Positions 19,948 to 30,891 are shown, numbered from the stretch's first letter. The stretch is DNA of 64,000 nucleotides from Desulfobacterales bacterium (GCA_046483495.1 JAWODC010000001.1:32001-96000); one strand, 5' to 3'. The notes: generated by a model not told the origin, from the sequence alone. Translations and numbers: made by a program.

Positions 19948-22068
19948 ATGAATGGTTATGCCGGCAAGATATTGAGGGTAAATTTAAGCAATAGAGCAAT
20001 CAACGTAATCCCGACGATGAAATACGAACAATGGGTCGGCGGGCACGGAATGGGTTCGGCCATATTTTACGATATCATGATCAAGGAAAAAAAAATCGAC
20101 CTGGAACGGATTGATGGTTTTCATCCGGAAAGCGTTATGACGCTTATGACCTCGCCTTTGTCGGGAACTTTGGTCCCTGCCGCATCCGGAAGAACTGAAG
20201 TCCAGGCAATCGGATTAAGCACCTCACCTATCGGATGGTTTACGAGAGGAAATTTTGGAGGCCGTTTTTCCAGCCAGTTGAAATTTGCCGGGTGGGACGG
20301 TATCGTCATCGAAGGAAAAGCGGATTCACCGGTCTGGCTGGACATAAGAGACGACGATGTTCACATAAACTATTGTGAAGAATTGTCACTATGGGGAACA
20401 AATACCCGTGAATGCCAAGAACGAATCTGGGAATATGTCGCCGGCAATCGGAAATACGGGGGATGGATAAAACCGAGAGGCGGGGGAAAAGGCCGAACGA
20501 CCCAGAGACCCGCCGTATTGGCGACCGGTCCTGCAGGGGAAAATCTATGCCGCATAGCGTGTCTCATTCATGATGCGGCCAATGCCGTAGGTTACGGAGG
20601 TTTCGGCGCCGTATGGGGTGCAAAAAACCTCAAGGCCGTCAGTGTCATCGGAACATCCGGCTTCACGGTAGCCGATCCAAAGTCCCTGCTGAGAGCCCGG
20701 CTGGCCCACCAGCAAAATTACGTATTCAAATTTGAAAAAGCAGCTGCCTATCAGCCCTCATCGTCCTTCGGACATACCCCGACAAATCCTTCCTTGATAA
20801 AATACAAACCGGGCAAAAATCGTCCCCAGGCATGTGTCGGTTGCCACGCGGGCTGCCGAAGCAGGTTTGAAGGCGGTCTTGCCAAAGAGGTAAAGTGCGG
20901 TCCCGGTGTTTTTTACTGGAAGGCAAAAAATCACGAGGTGCGCTTCAAATCCATGGATTTGATGAATGAGCTTGGACTTAATTATTACGAAGTAAACGCT
21001 CTTCTCGATTACCTTGTGCCTCTTTATAAGAAGGGCCTTGTCGGACCCGGCAAGCAGATCTCCTGCGATATAGATTTTGGCGATTTCGGCAGCTATGATT
21101 TCATCCATGATTTTTTTCATTCGATCACCTATAGAAAGGGCGGGTTTGGGGATGCAATGGCCCAGGGCTGCTACAGGGCATCCCGAAAATGGGGAAGAGC
21201 CGAGGAAGACCTGGCAAGCGGCCTTCTTGAATGTCCGTATTGGGGCCTTCCTGAACATGCTTATGATCCGAGAGCGGAAGTATCCTATGGTTACGGCACC
21301 GTACTGGCCGATCGGGACATCACCGAGCATGACTTCAACGGTCTTTTCTACGATCCCACCTTTGCCGTAATGTTAAAAAAGGAGGCGGCCGCAAGCGCTG
21401 AGCGGGCCGTCGCCATATATACAGGCAAAATAATCCCATACAGCGATGATATGCTGATGCTCGATTACAGCACGGAAAATATTTACTCCGAACACATGGT
21501 CAAGCTGGTGTCCTGGCATCGCCATTACACACGGTTTTGGAAACATTCCGTTTTGTACTGCGATTTGCGATGGCCGGATATGCTCAACATAATGGCCCCG
21601 GATCTGGTGGGATCCAGCGGAACTGCGGAACCTGAATTTTTCAATATCGTTACAGGCAAAAACCTGACTTTCCTTGACGGTATCGCACTTGGAAAAAAAA
21701 TCTGGAATCTCGATCATGCCATATGGACCCTTCAGGGCCGGCACCGGGACATGGTTCAATTTGCCGAATACATTTACACCAAACCATTTGACCAGGTTCC
21801 AAAGCTGGGGGTAAATTATTATCTGCTGCCCGGCAAGGAAAACGGCGAGTGGAAATACATCGACGTAACGGGAAGGCATCTTGACAGAGATAAATTTGAA
21901 CAGTTTAAAACCAATTTCTACGAATTTGAAGGATGGGACCCTTCTTCGGGATATCCCCTAAACAGCACTTTAAATGATTTGGGACTGGAAGATGTCTCGT
22001 CTGAGCTTGCTCTTAAAAACAAAATAGGCGCCGAACACGACATTAAAAACGGCGTGAGCCATACATGA
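19948..22068 (+). CDS. Aldehyde:ferredoxin oxidoreductase family W/Mo enzyme (YdhV-like)
   Basis: GYAGKILRVNLS, NFGGRF...LKFAGWDGIVIEG, GPAGENL, KNLKAV, CVGCHAGC. Confidence 0.88.
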   Translation: MNGYAGKILRVNLSNRAINVIPTMKYEQWVGGHGMGSAIFYDIMIKEKKIDLERIDGFHPESVMTLMTSPLSGTLVPAASGRTEVQAIGLSTSPIGWFTRGNFGGRFSSQLKFAGWDGIVIEGKADSPVWLDIRDDDVHINYCEELSLWGTNTRECQERIWEYVAGNRKYGGWIKPRGGGKGRTTQRPAVLATGPAGENLCRIACLIHDAANAVGYGGFGAVWGAKNLKAVSVIGTSGFTVADPKSLLRARLAHQQNYVFKFEKAAAYQPSSSFGHTPTNPSLIKYKPGKNRPQACVGCHAGCRSRFEGGLAKEVKCGPGVFYWKAKNHEVRFKSMDLMNELGLNYYEVNALLDYLVPLYKKGLVGPGKQISCDIDFGDFGSYDFIHDFFHSITYRKGGFGDAMAQGCYRASRKWGRAEEDLASGLLECPYWGLPEHAYDPRAEVSYGYGTVLADRDITEHDFNGLFYDPTFAVMLKKEAAASAERAVAIYTGKIIPYSDDMLMLDYSTENIYSEHMVKLVSWHRHYTRFWKHSVLYCDLRWPDMLNIMAPDLVGSSGTAEPEFFNIVTGKNLTFLDGIALGKKIWNLDHAIWTLQGRHRDMVQFAEYIYTKPFDQVPKLGVNYYLLPGKENGEWKYIDVTGRHLDRDKFEQFKTNFYEFEGWDPSSGYPLNSTLNDLGLEDVSSELALKNKIGAEHDIKNGVSHT

Positions 22069-24245
22069 ATCAAAACCAGGATAAAACAACGCGCGTAATT
22101 CCGACGGTATGTGCCAGTCATTGCGGAGGTTCTTGCCTTCTTAAAGTTCATGTAAAAGACGGCATAATTAAGCGAATAGAAACCGATGATGGTCCGGAGC
22201 CCCAGCTGCGCGGCTGCATGAGGGGCCGGGCATACCGCCAGCGCGTGTACGCAAAAGATCGATTGCGGCAACCGTTAAAGCGGGTCGGAAACCGGGGAGC
22301 TGATCGGTTCGAGCCGATTACGTGGGACGAAGCACTGGACACGGTGGCGGACCGAATGCGGCATACCAAAAAACATTACGGAAACAAATCGATTCTTTAT
22401 CTAAGCATGTCAGGGGACGTCGTCAGCCTTCACAATACATCCACCATATCCAGATTACTGGCGATGTTCGGAGGCTTTACGACTTGGTGGGGGACTACCT
22501 CATTTCACGGCGGAATGTTTGCATCCTACTTTGCCTACGGCACAATTTTCGCCTCCAATACCCGGGATGATCTCCTAAATTCAAATATGATCATCATGTG
22601 GGGATGGAATCCTGCCGTTACCGTCACCGGAACCAATACGGCCTATTATCTGTTCCAGGCCCGGGAAAAAGGAGCTCGTATCATAGCCGTCGACCCTTAC
22701 TATACGGATTCTGCCGCAGCGTTTGCAGGGCAGTGGATTCCCATAAAGCCGGGGACCGATACGGCGATGCTTGTAGCGATGGCGTACGTCATCATTAAAG
22801 AGGGTCTTCTGGATCAACAGTTCACCGACACCTATACGGTGGGATTTGATAAGTTCAAGGCGTATGTCCTGGGGACGGACGACGGCGTGTCCAAAACGCC
22901 GATATGGGCCGAGGCAATCACCGGAGTATCGGCAGATACAATAATCTCTCTTGCCCGGGAATATGCCTCCCAAAAACCGGCGGCCTTGATGTCCGGCACC
23001 GGGCCCGGACGAACCGCTTATGGGGAACAGTTTCATCGCGCCACCATTACCCTTTCGGCAATAACCGGTAATGTTGGAATCCCCGGTGGGGATGCCGCAG
23101 CCAGAGCCTGGGAATCCATCGTAGGGGGTTACCCCTATCAATTCGCCGGCGCGCTGCCATACACCGTCAATCCGGTTGAAAAACCGGTGCCGTATCCCGG
23201 GTTATGGCTGCAGAAGACATATCCGAATATCCATTATACCAAAATCGCCGACGCCATCCTTAACGGCAAAAAAGGCGGGTACCCGGCGGATTACAAAATG
23301 GCGATTATTTGCAATGCAAATTATGTTAACGCCCTGCCCAACATCAACAAGATCATAAAAGCGATGTCCGCCCTGGAATTCGTGGTTGTAGAGGAACAGT
23401 TCATGACGGCAACGGCAAAATATGCCGATATTATTCTACCCACCACAACCTATATGGAAAGAAACGACCTGATCAAAGGGGTAGGATCGGCTTTTTATGG
23501 AATACAGAACCGGGTGATCGAGCCGGTGGGCGACACCCGATCCCATAACGAGATCGCCAAGGAACTGGCCGAACGCCTCCATATCGACGATTATGACCCA
23601 CTTAGTGAAGAAGATCGCCTGAACAAGCTCTTGAACCGAATGAAAATCGATGACGTGGAAGCCTTTAAAAGAACAGGTATTCACAGGCTTCCCCTGACCG
23701 GTTCTCATGTAGCTTTTAAAGAACAAATCGATGATCCTGTCAACCATCCGTTTGGTACACCTTCCGGAAAGATCGAAATTTATTCTCAACGGATTGCGGA
23801 TATGAACAATCCCCTGATCCCTCCTATCCCTCGTTACATCGAACCCTGGGAAGGCCCCAATGATCCACTGCGGAAAAAATACCCGCTTCAGCTCCTCACA
23901 AATCACTGGAAAGGGCGGGCCAACTGCCAGTATGCCAACATGCCGTGGGTCCGGGAGCACACGCCCCAGGCCCTTTACATGAACACGAAAGATGCCGAGG
24001 CTCGGAGCATTCGAGACGGGGATGACGTCCGTGTGTTCAATGATCGTGGAGAAACCGTAACACCGGCTGCTGTGACGGAACGGATTATTCCGGGAACGGT
24101 AATTCTTCCCTTCGGAACATGGTACAATCCGGATAATAACGGTGTGGACCGTGCCGGCACAAGCAATGTTCTGACGCGAGATGAGCCGTCTCCGGCCGGT
24201 GCGTTTGCCTATAATACGGCCCTGGTGGAAGTTCAAAAGTTATAG
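22065..24245 (+). CDS. DmsA-like molybdopterin oxidoreductase catalytic subunit, no Tat signal
   Basis: CASHCGGSC..RGC FS0 motif, WGWNP, PGTD.AM, TAKYADIILP, TPSGKIEIYS. Confidence 0.9.
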   Translation: MNQNQDKTTRVIPTVCASHCGGSCLLKVHVKDGIIKRIETDDGPEPQLRGCMRGRAYRQRVYAKDRLRQPLKRVGNRGADRFEPITWDEALDTVADRMRHTKKHYGNKSILYLSMSGDVVSLHNTSTISRLLAMFGGFTTWWGTTSFHGGMFASYFAYGTIFASNTRDDLLNSNMIIMWGWNPAVTVTGTNTAYYLFQAREKGARIIAVDPYYTDSAAAFAGQWIPIKPGTDTAMLVAMAYVIIKEGLLDQQFTDTYTVGFDKFKAYVLGTDDGVSKTPIWAEAITGVSADTIISLAREYASQKPAALMSGTGPGRTAYGEQFHRATITLSAITGNVGIPGGDAAARAWESIVGGYPYQFAGALPYTVNPVEKPVPYPGLWLQKTYPNIHYTKIADAILNGKKGGYPADYKMAIICNANYVNALPNINKIIKAMSALEFVVVEEQFMTATAKYADIILPTTTYMERNDLIKGVGSAFYGIQNRVIEPVGDTRSHNEIAKELAERLHIDDYDPLSEEDRLNKLLNRMKIDDVEAFKRTGIHRLPLTGSHVAFKEQIDDPVNHPFGTPSGKIEIYSQRIADMNNPLIPPIPRYIEPWEGPNDPLRKKYPLQLLTNHWKGRANCQYANMPWVREHTPQALYMNTKDAEARSIRDGDDVRVFNDRGETVTPAAVTERIIPGTVILPFGTWYNPDNNGVDRAGTSNVLTRDEPSPAGAFAYNTALVEVQKL

Positions 24246-24287
24246 AAGCCGATCACCCGCAATTGTGATCGGTATTCGGGAAAATAT

Positions 24288-24836
24288 ATGCAACTCGGAT
24301 TCTATTTCGATCAAACCCGATGCACGGGATGTTTTACATGTTGTGTTGCCTGCAAAGACTGGCATGATATACCGGCGGGATCCGTGCATTGGATCAAAGT
24401 GACGTGCCTTGAGAGCGGGACTTTTCCCGCAGTATCCGTGGCCTACCGGGTCAGACCCTGCTACCATTGTTCCGAACCAATCTGTATTGAAGCATGTCCC
24501 GTCGATGCCATAAAAAAACGAAAGGAGGACGGCATCGTGACCGTGGACCGGAATTTATGCATTGGTTGCAAGGAATGCCTGAATGCATGTCCTTTCGGCG
24601 CACCGCAATTCGAAGAAAGTAATCCCGATCCAAAGATGCAGAAATGCGATCTTTGCCTCGATCGCTGGATGGAAGGGAAAAAACCGATATGTGTGACTGC
24701 ATGCCCGACACGTGCACTGGACGCAGGCCCAATGGATGAGCTGGCAGAAAAATACGGTGCGATGCTTGAGACCGCCGGATTCAACTATTTCCGGGAAGCA
24801 GGTCCGTCGGTGATTTTTAAGCACAAGCCTGTTTAG
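24288..24836 (+). CDS. DmsB-like 4x[4Fe-4S] subunit
   Basis: GFYFDQTRCTGC..C.VACKDW, CYHC..P.C...CP, KCDLC, CPTRALD. Confidence 0.9.
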   Translation: MQLGFYFDQTRCTGCFTCCVACKDWHDIPAGSVHWIKVTCLESGTFPAVSVAYRVRPCYHCSEPICIEACPVDAIKKRKEDGIVTVDRNLCIGCKECLNACPFGAPQFEESNPDPKMQKCDLCLDRWMEGKKPICVTACPTRALDAGPMDELAEKYGAMLETAGFNYFREAGPSVIFKHKPV

Positions 24837-24890
24837 CCCTTTTTCCTTCGGTTTTTTCAAAAATAATTCTTTTTTTTGCAGGGAGAGATC

Positions 24891-25364
24891 ATGACGGATA
24901 AACCAGTTTTTCAGGAAGTCCTACAAGTGGGTCTGGTGGTCAGAGACCTGGATAAATCAATTGAAAAATACACAAAAATTATGGGCATTGGTCCATGGAA
25001 AGTATATCATCTGGATAAACGAACCCTGAAAAATGTGACGGTGAAAGGCAAACCGCAAGACCTCAGCATGAAAGTCGGGTTTGCCCAAATCGGAAAAGTG
25101 CAGATTGAATTGATTCAACCTCTGGAGGACGGCGGGATTTACGCAGAATTTTTGGAGATGCACGGCGAAGGTCTTCATCACATTGCCTGTGCTGTGGATG
25201 ACTATGATGAGACGATCACCCGTCTTGCAAAGGGAAATATCGGTATTCTGCAGGCGGGCGATACCTCGGATGGTATGGGCTTTGCCTACTTGGATACCAT
25301 GAACGTCATGGGATGCATCACCGAAATTTATCGATACCCAAAACGAAGGTCGGCAGAAAGATAA
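24891..25364 (+). CDS. VOC family protein (methylmalonyl-CoA epimerase-like)
   Basis: QVGLVVRDL, IELIQP, FLE.HGEGLHHI. Confidence 0.85.
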   Translation: MTDKPVFQEVLQVGLVVRDLDKSIEKYTKIMGIGPWKVYHLDKRTLKNVTVKGKPQDLSMKVGFAQIGKVQIELIQPLEDGGIYAEFLEMHGEGLHHIACAVDDYDETITRLAKGNIGILQAGDTSDGMGFAYLDTMNVMGCITEIYRYPKRRSAER

Positions 25365-25366
25365 AA

Positions 25367-27328
25367 ATGATGTTTAAATACGTACTTGAACCGGTAAATA
25401 TCGGCTCATGCACCATACCCAACAGGGTGGTGTTTGCCGGTCACGGAACAAACTTTGCAAGGGGATGTGTTACCGACAAAATGATCGCCTACCATGAAGC
25501 GCGGGCGAAAGGCGGAGTTGGACTTACTGTTCTTGAAATACTTGCCGTTCATCGAACCAGTCCTCACTCGTTCAGTGCATTCGACAAAAATCTTAAAAGC
25601 TCTTATGAAAAACTGTTAAAAGCGATCAGGCCCCACGGCACGAAAGTGTTTCAGCAGTTATGGCACGGCGGCCACCACGCATTCACACTCGATGGATCAC
25701 CACCCTGGTCTTCCTCGGATATTCCGGGTGTTAACGAAAGAGTTGTTCCCCATCCAATGACCCACGATGAAATTCAGGAAATCATTGACGCTTTTGCAAA
25801 AGCCGCCTGCATCTGTGAAGAGGCCGGCCTTGACGGCGTTGAGCTTCATGGCGCTCACGGTTATCTTATTCAGCAATTCATGTCGGCGCTTACCAATAAA
25901 AGAACGGATCAATACGGCGGCAGTTTTGAAAACCGGATTCGGTTCACGCGTGAAGTTCTTCAGGCGATCCGCAAAGCCGTAAGCGAAAGCTTCGTCGTGG
26001 GCATTCGATTAAGCCACGAAGCCACACCCGGCGGCGTAGATTCCGATGAAAATATCAGAATCGTTAAAAATCTTGAGGCGGATCGGCTGGTGGATTATAT
26101 CAGCGTTTCTCTGGGTGGATATATCGCTTTTCCAAAAATGATCGGGGCCATGCACGAACCTATGGGATATGAACTTCCTACAAGTGCTCCGGTCACCGCC
26201 TCGACCCCCCTTCCGTCAATTATTGTGGGCCGGGTGAGAACACTGGAAGAAGCCGACCAGGTTTTAAAGGACGGCATAGCCGATCTGGTGGGCATGACCC
26301 GCGCCCATATTGCCGATCCTGAACTCATATCCAAAACACGCGCCGGGCGTGAAAAGGAAGTCCGGCCGTGCATCGCCTGCAATCAGGGGTGTGTTGGTGA
26401 GCTAAACGGCCCCCAAGGAAGACTGGGATGTGTGGTAAACATTGCCGTCGGTAAAGAACGTATCCTTGGAGAAGATAAACTGGAGAAGGCAAACCCACCG
26501 AAAAAGGTTCTGGTGGTCGGGGGAGGCCCAGCCGGTCTCGAGGCAGCCCGAGTCGCTGCATTACGGGGACATCACGTCATGTTGATGGAAGCACAGAACA
26601 AGCTGGGCGGCACCGTCAACCTTGCGCGACTGGTCCCCCATCTGTACGGGCTTCACGATTTTATCCACTGGCAAATATCCGAAATTGACCGTCTGGGTGT
26701 CCATGTCCAAACCAATACATACGTGGAAGCATATGAAGTGAATCGGACATCGCCCGATGCGGTCATTATTGCTACGGGCGCCCTTCCCCGCATGGACGGT
26801 ATTCAAACGGCAATTCCGGGTGAACCGGCCAAAGGCCTGGACCAAAAACATGTATTGTCCTCAATAGATTTATTGTCGTCTTCTCGAATTCCCACGGGCA
26901 AAAAGGCGGTTGTATTTGACGATGTCGGACATTATGAAGCGATCGGTGTAGCGGAGTATCTGATGGAAAACGGCTTTTCAGTCACTTTTGTAACGAGCCT
27001 GAGAGAATTTGCACCTCACATGCACACGGCATTGCGGGCAAATGCCGCTCTTGAACGGTTGTCAAAAGGAGATTTCAATCTTATGACAAGGGGTCGGCTT
27101 TGCGAAATAAACGAGAAAAGTGTTGAGGTGAAGTACCTTTACGGCGATGAAAGCCTGCTTATACCCACTGATGTGGTGATACCGGTTTTTCATTACAAGC
27201 CCGACTGTTCCCTGAAAGAGGAACTTGTCGATTTTTCAGGCGACATGCTCGTGGTGGGGGATGCACTTTCACCCAGATTCTTAAAAGGCGCCATTCATGA
27301 CGGATATCGCGCGGGCATGTCGATATAA
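25367..27328 (+). CDS. OYE/FadH-family Fe-S flavoenzyme
   Basis: ELHGAHGYL, RTDQYGGSFENR, CIACNQGC, GGGPAG. Confidence 0.92.
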   Translation: MMFKYVLEPVNIGSCTIPNRVVFAGHGTNFARGCVTDKMIAYHEARAKGGVGLTVLEILAVHRTSPHSFSAFDKNLKSSYEKLLKAIRPHGTKVFQQLWHGGHHAFTLDGSPPWSSSDIPGVNERVVPHPMTHDEIQEIIDAFAKAACICEEAGLDGVELHGAHGYLIQQFMSALTNKRTDQYGGSFENRIRFTREVLQAIRKAVSESFVVGIRLSHEATPGGVDSDENIRIVKNLEADRLVDYISVSLGGYIAFPKMIGAMHEPMGYELPTSAPVTASTPLPSIIVGRVRTLEEADQVLKDGIADLVGMTRAHIADPELISKTRAGREKEVRPCIACNQGCVGELNGPQGRLGCVVNIAVGKERILGEDKLEKANPPKKVLVVGGGPAGLEAARVAALRGHHVMLMEAQNKLGGTVNLARLVPHLYGLHDFIHWQISEIDRLGVHVQTNTYVEAYEVNRTSPDAVIIATGALPRMDGIQTAIPGEPAKGLDQKHVLSSIDLLSSSRIPTGKKAVVFDDVGHYEAIGVAEYLMENGFSVTFVTSLREFAPHMHTALRANAALERLSKGDFNLMTRGRLCEINEKSVEVKYLYGDESLLIPTDVVIPVFHYKPDCSLKEELVDFSGDMLVVGDALSPRFLKGAIHDGYRAGMSI

Positions 27329-27342
27329 AAAGGAGTGGACAT

Positions 27343-28089
27343 GTGAAAATTCTCGTTTCGGTAAAACGGGTCCCCGACCCCGAAATGACTGTAGAAATCG
27401 AGCCTGACGGCAAGGGAATCGATGTATCACGCATAAAATACAAGGCCAACCCGTTTGATGAGATTGCCTTGGAGGAGGCACTGCGCATCAGGGAAGCAGA
27501 GGGGGGGGAGGTGGTGATTGCCAGCATTGGACCTGAAAGTGCACAATTTGAAATCAGAGGCTGTCTTGCAATGGGCGCCGATTGGGCAATACTGGTCGTG
27601 ACCGATTCGTATCTCGACCCCGATTCGGTTGCCCGCATCCTGGTCGAACTGGTTAGGTCCGAAAAACCGGATATCGTCCTGATGGGAAAGCAGGCATCGG
27701 ACAGCGATGATGTTCAAGCCCCGCAATTATTGGCTGAATATCTCGGTTGGGGTCAGGCATGTTTTGCTTCAAAAATAAACATCGAAAAAGGCCGGGCCGT
27801 TGTGCATCGGGAGATTGACGGCGGCACCGAAGTTGTGGCCCTTAATCTTCCCGGTGTGATCAGCGCCGATCTCCGATTAAATGAACCCCGCTACGCCAAA
27901 CTTCAGGATATTTTAAAGGCGAAAAAAAAAGATATAATAAAATTATGTGCTTCCGATCTCGGTATCGATATCGATCCAAAAGTTGTGGTTAACCGCTACG
28001 CCTATCCACCAAAACGAAAACCCGGACGGATTGTCACGGATGTGACCGAACTCATTGCAGCTCTGAAGCATGAGGCAAAGGTTATTTAG
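27343..28089 (+). CDS. etfB: Electron transfer flavoprotein beta subunit
   Basis: VKRVPDP, NPFDEIALEEA, GKQA.D, DLRLNEPRYA. Confidence 0.93.
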   Translation: MKILVSVKRVPDPEMTVEIEPDGKGIDVSRIKYKANPFDEIALEEALRIREAEGGEVVIASIGPESAQFEIRGCLAMGADWAILVVTDSYLDPDSVARILVELVRSEKPDIVLMGKQASDSDDVQAPQLLAEYLGWGQACFASKINIEKGRAVVHREIDGGTEVVALNLPGVISADLRLNEPRYAKLQDILKAKKKDIIKLCASDLGIDIDPKVVVNRYAYPPKRKPGRIVTDVTELIAALKHEAKVI

Positions 28090-28105
28090 AAGGCTTGGTA
28101 AAAAG

Positions 28106-29068
28106 ATGGCAAATGTCTTGATTATCTCGGAACATCATAAGGGAAAGCTTAAAAAATCAACCCTGAATTCAATTACTTTCGGCAGGAAGGCAGCGGAAAA
28201 GGTTGGCGGAAAACTTTACCTCTTAGTAATCGGCTACTGTGTAAAGGATATCGCCGACCAGCTAACGGTTTTCGGCGCCGACAAAATCTATCTGGTGGAT
28301 GATTGCGCCCTTTCACATTATACGGCACAGTCCTGGGCGGGCATTACAGCCGAAGCCGCCCAGATCAGCGGATCGCAAATTATCGGTATATGTGCCGGTA
28401 CGACCGGCAAAGATTTTATGCCCCGAGTGGCCGCTAAACTGAATGCAGGGATGTCGTCCGCGGTCATTGATTTCGATGGAACCTTCTTTACTCGTGAAAT
28501 GTGGGCCGGACATGCTGTCGCCGAAATTGAGATAAAGACAGATATCAAATGCGTAACCATTCAGCACACGGCCTTTGATCCGGCCCACCCTGTCGGCCGC
28601 CAAACACCAGTTGAACGGATAAGCGTCCCTGTACCTGAATCCGATATCTTTTTCGTCGAGATGCAGGAAACTGTAAATGACCGCCCCGACCTCATCGAAG
28701 CCAACATCGTCATCGCAGGGGGACGAGGCATGAAAAGCCGCGAAAATTTTAAATTGCTGGAGGATTTGGCCGATATTTTCGGCGCGGCTGTCGGAGCAAC
28801 CCGTTCAGCTGTCGATGCCGGTTGGGCGCCCAATGATCTTCAGATCGGCCAAACCGGAAAAATCGTCGCGCCTGACCTTTATTTTGCAGTCGGTCTTTCC
28901 GGCGCCGCTCAACATACGGCCGGCATGAAAAACAGCAAGATTATCGTTGCAATCAACAAAGACGAAGACGCACCTATTTTCAGAGTTGCCGATTACGGTC
29001 TTGTCGGCGATCTTTTTTACGTGGTGCCTGTATTGACAAAAGCGATCAAAAACGATTCAGCTGTGTAA
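28106..29068 (+). CDS. etfA: Electron transfer flavoprotein alpha subunit
   Basis: [36 protein letters not shown]. Confidence 0.93.
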   Translation: MANVLIISEHHKGKLKKSTLNSITFGRKAAEKVGGKLYLLVIGYCVKDIADQLTVFGADKIYLVDDCALSHYTAQSWAGITAEAAQISGSQIIGICAGTTGKDFMPRVAAKLNAGMSSAVIDFDGTFFTREMWAGHAVAEIEIKTDIKCVTIQHTAFDPAHPVGRQTPVERISVPVPESDIFFVEMQETVNDRPDLIEANIVIAGGRGMKSRENFKLLEDLADIFGAAVGATRSAVDAGWAPNDLQIGQTGKIVAPDLYFAVGLSGAAQHTAGMKNSKIIVAINKDEDAPIFRVADYGLVGDLFYVVPVLTKAIKNDSAV

Positions 29069-29085
29069 ATCAACAATGGGGATAT

Positions 29086-29853
29086 ATGAAAAAGCTTAAA
29101 GGGAAAGTGGCGATCATTACAGGGGGCGCCTCAGGAATGGGAGCTGCTGCCGTTGCCCGATTCGCAGCGGAAGGGGCGCATGTTATTTCCACCGATATTC
29201 AAATTTACCAGGGAGAGGAAGTCGCCCATTCCGCCGGGGCTCATTTTATGGAGCAGGATACATGCGAGGAGGCCGGCTGGGAACAGGTGACAGAATTTGC
29301 GCTGGACCGTTTCGGACGACTCGATATCGTTATGAACAACGCTGGAATTACGACAGGAAAATCGATTGAAAAGGTTGATTTGAAAAAATGGAACCGGGTA
29401 ATCGAAGTCAATCTTACAGGGGTTATGCTCGGGTGCCGATACGGAATTCGCGTTATGAAGCAAAACCCCGGCGGCTCATCCGGATCAATCATCAATATCG
29501 CCTCCACGACCGCCTTTGCCGCGCTTCCGGAAGATGTCGGATATACCGCATCCAAAGGCGGCGTGCGGATGTTGACCAAATCCATTGCGGCCTATTGCGG
29601 CCGTGCCGGCTTGAACATCCGCTGCAACAACATCGTCCCTGGTGCCGTTTACACCGGTCTTACCTCCATCAGAATGGAGAAGGATTCAGGATTATACGAA
29701 CGTTTGGCAAAAATTTCCCCTTTAAATCGTATGGGCACGGGAGATGACATTGCCGCGGCGGCACTTTTTCTTGCCTCCGAAGACTCGTCTTTTATTACGG
29801 GTGCGGATCTGCTCGTGGACGGCGGAACAATGGCCGTCCATCCGGGCTTTTGA
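29086..29853 (+). CDS. Short-chain dehydrogenase/reductase (hydroxysteroid dehydrogenase-like)
   Basis: TGGASGMG, NNAG, YTASK. Confidence 0.9.
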   Translation: MKKLKGKVAIITGGASGMGAAAVARFAAEGAHVISTDIQIYQGEEVAHSAGAHFMEQDTCEEAGWEQVTEFALDRFGRLDIVMNNAGITTGKSIEKVDLKKWNRVIEVNLTGVMLGCRYGIRVMKQNPGGSSGSIINIASTTAFAALPEDVGYTASKGGVRMLTKSIAAYCGRAGLNIRCNNIVPGAVYTGLTSIRMEKDSGLYERLAKISPLNRMGTGDDIAAAALFLASEDSSFITGADLLVDGGTMAVHPGF

Positions 29854-29941
29854 ACAGGCTTGATTTGGTTTTCATTGGGTGCTCAAGCGTTGACGAGGGG
29901 GTGCAAATGCCGGTTGTGAACCATTTAGAAAGAGAATAAAA

Positions 29942-30168
29942 ATGCGGAATATTTATGAAGAGTTGAGGCAGCACTTTAACATGGGAGCGAACTCGAGACT
30001 TCGCAAGACAAAAGATCTTATGGTAATTCTTAAGATCCTCTTCACTGCGGGCTCTGTCAGTCTCATTGTCCGGAGGATGCCGTCAGTATGCATAAAAAAA
30101 GAGATTATATTCCCGCAGCCAATTTAAAAGAGATGAATGTAAATTACCTCCGTGATAAGGTGTGGTAA
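29942..30168 (+). pseudogene. Internally deleted, frameshifted 4Fe-4S binding protein remnant
   Basis: N-terminus MRNIYEELRQH...ILKILFT joined out of frame at ~30046 to CGLCQSHCPEDAVSM...KVW*. Confidence 0.7.
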
Positions 30169-30251
30169 ATACTGTTTGAAATTGCAGGAAGAAGAGATGA
30201 TCGATCAAGTACGGTTGTGCCGGTTCATGGTAAGGCGGAAAAAAGAATGTC

Positions 30252-30288
30252 GCAGCACCACGCTTCTCTGGAAACGTGGTTGCCTTTT
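30252..30288. terminator. Hairpin between the two converging operons
   Basis: ACCACG-cTTC-tctg-GAAa-CGTGGT stem followed by TTTT. Confidence 0.35.
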
Positions 30289-30335
30289 CCATAATAAATA
30301 GGTCCAAGCCCACAAAAAACCGTTCGGCTCTGAAA

Positions 30336-30791
30336 TTAGTCCGAAAATGTTGTCGGTTTTTCCTTGAAACCAATAACGTGTGCGCTCATATTTCCGACCA
30401 AAGCAAATCTGACCGTACGACTGGCAAAGCACCAGGAGCCGTCAACCTGTTTAAACTCATCGAAATAATGGCCTGAAAAGATGGGCTGCAGGGGAAAATT
30501 ATCTGTTTCCTGGAGAACCGTAACGTAGCACTGACCGGTAGAAACACCTTTTTCATTATCAATCTGTATATCCACATTGGTGGTGATGTGCTTTGTCCGT
30601 GGCGTACCGTCTCTGTATATCTTTATTCCTTTTATCAAATGGAGCATTCCTTTTTTACCGAAATACGGTTGGGAACCTTCTATTGCCCACTGTCCATATT
30701 CGAAAAGACCGGCAAACTTTTCCATATCTCCGGTATCCACCGCAAAACAATATTGGTTCATCAAATGCAAGATTTCTTCTCTATCATCCAT
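30336..30791 (-). CDS. NTF2/SnoaL-like protein (BaiE/LinA-type dehydratase fold)
   Basis: DREEI..L...YCFAVDTGD, TKHITTN, G.YFDEF...DG.W.F..R. Confidence 0.8.
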   Translation of the reverse strand: MDDREEILHLMNQYCFAVDTGDMEKFAGLFEYGQWAIEGSQPYFGKKGMLHLIKGIKIYRDGTPRTKHITTNVDIQIDNEKGVSTGQCYVTVLQETDNFPLQPIFSGHYFDEFKQVDGSWCFASRTVRFALVGNMSAHVIGFKEKPTTFSD

Positions 30792-30891
30792 GTAATCATT
30801 CCATTTTTTACGGGTTTTAGTTGTATCGAATGGCCTATTTCCGGCTTTTGCCGCCTCCACGGGAAAGTTATGATTATGGCCGGCACGACTA

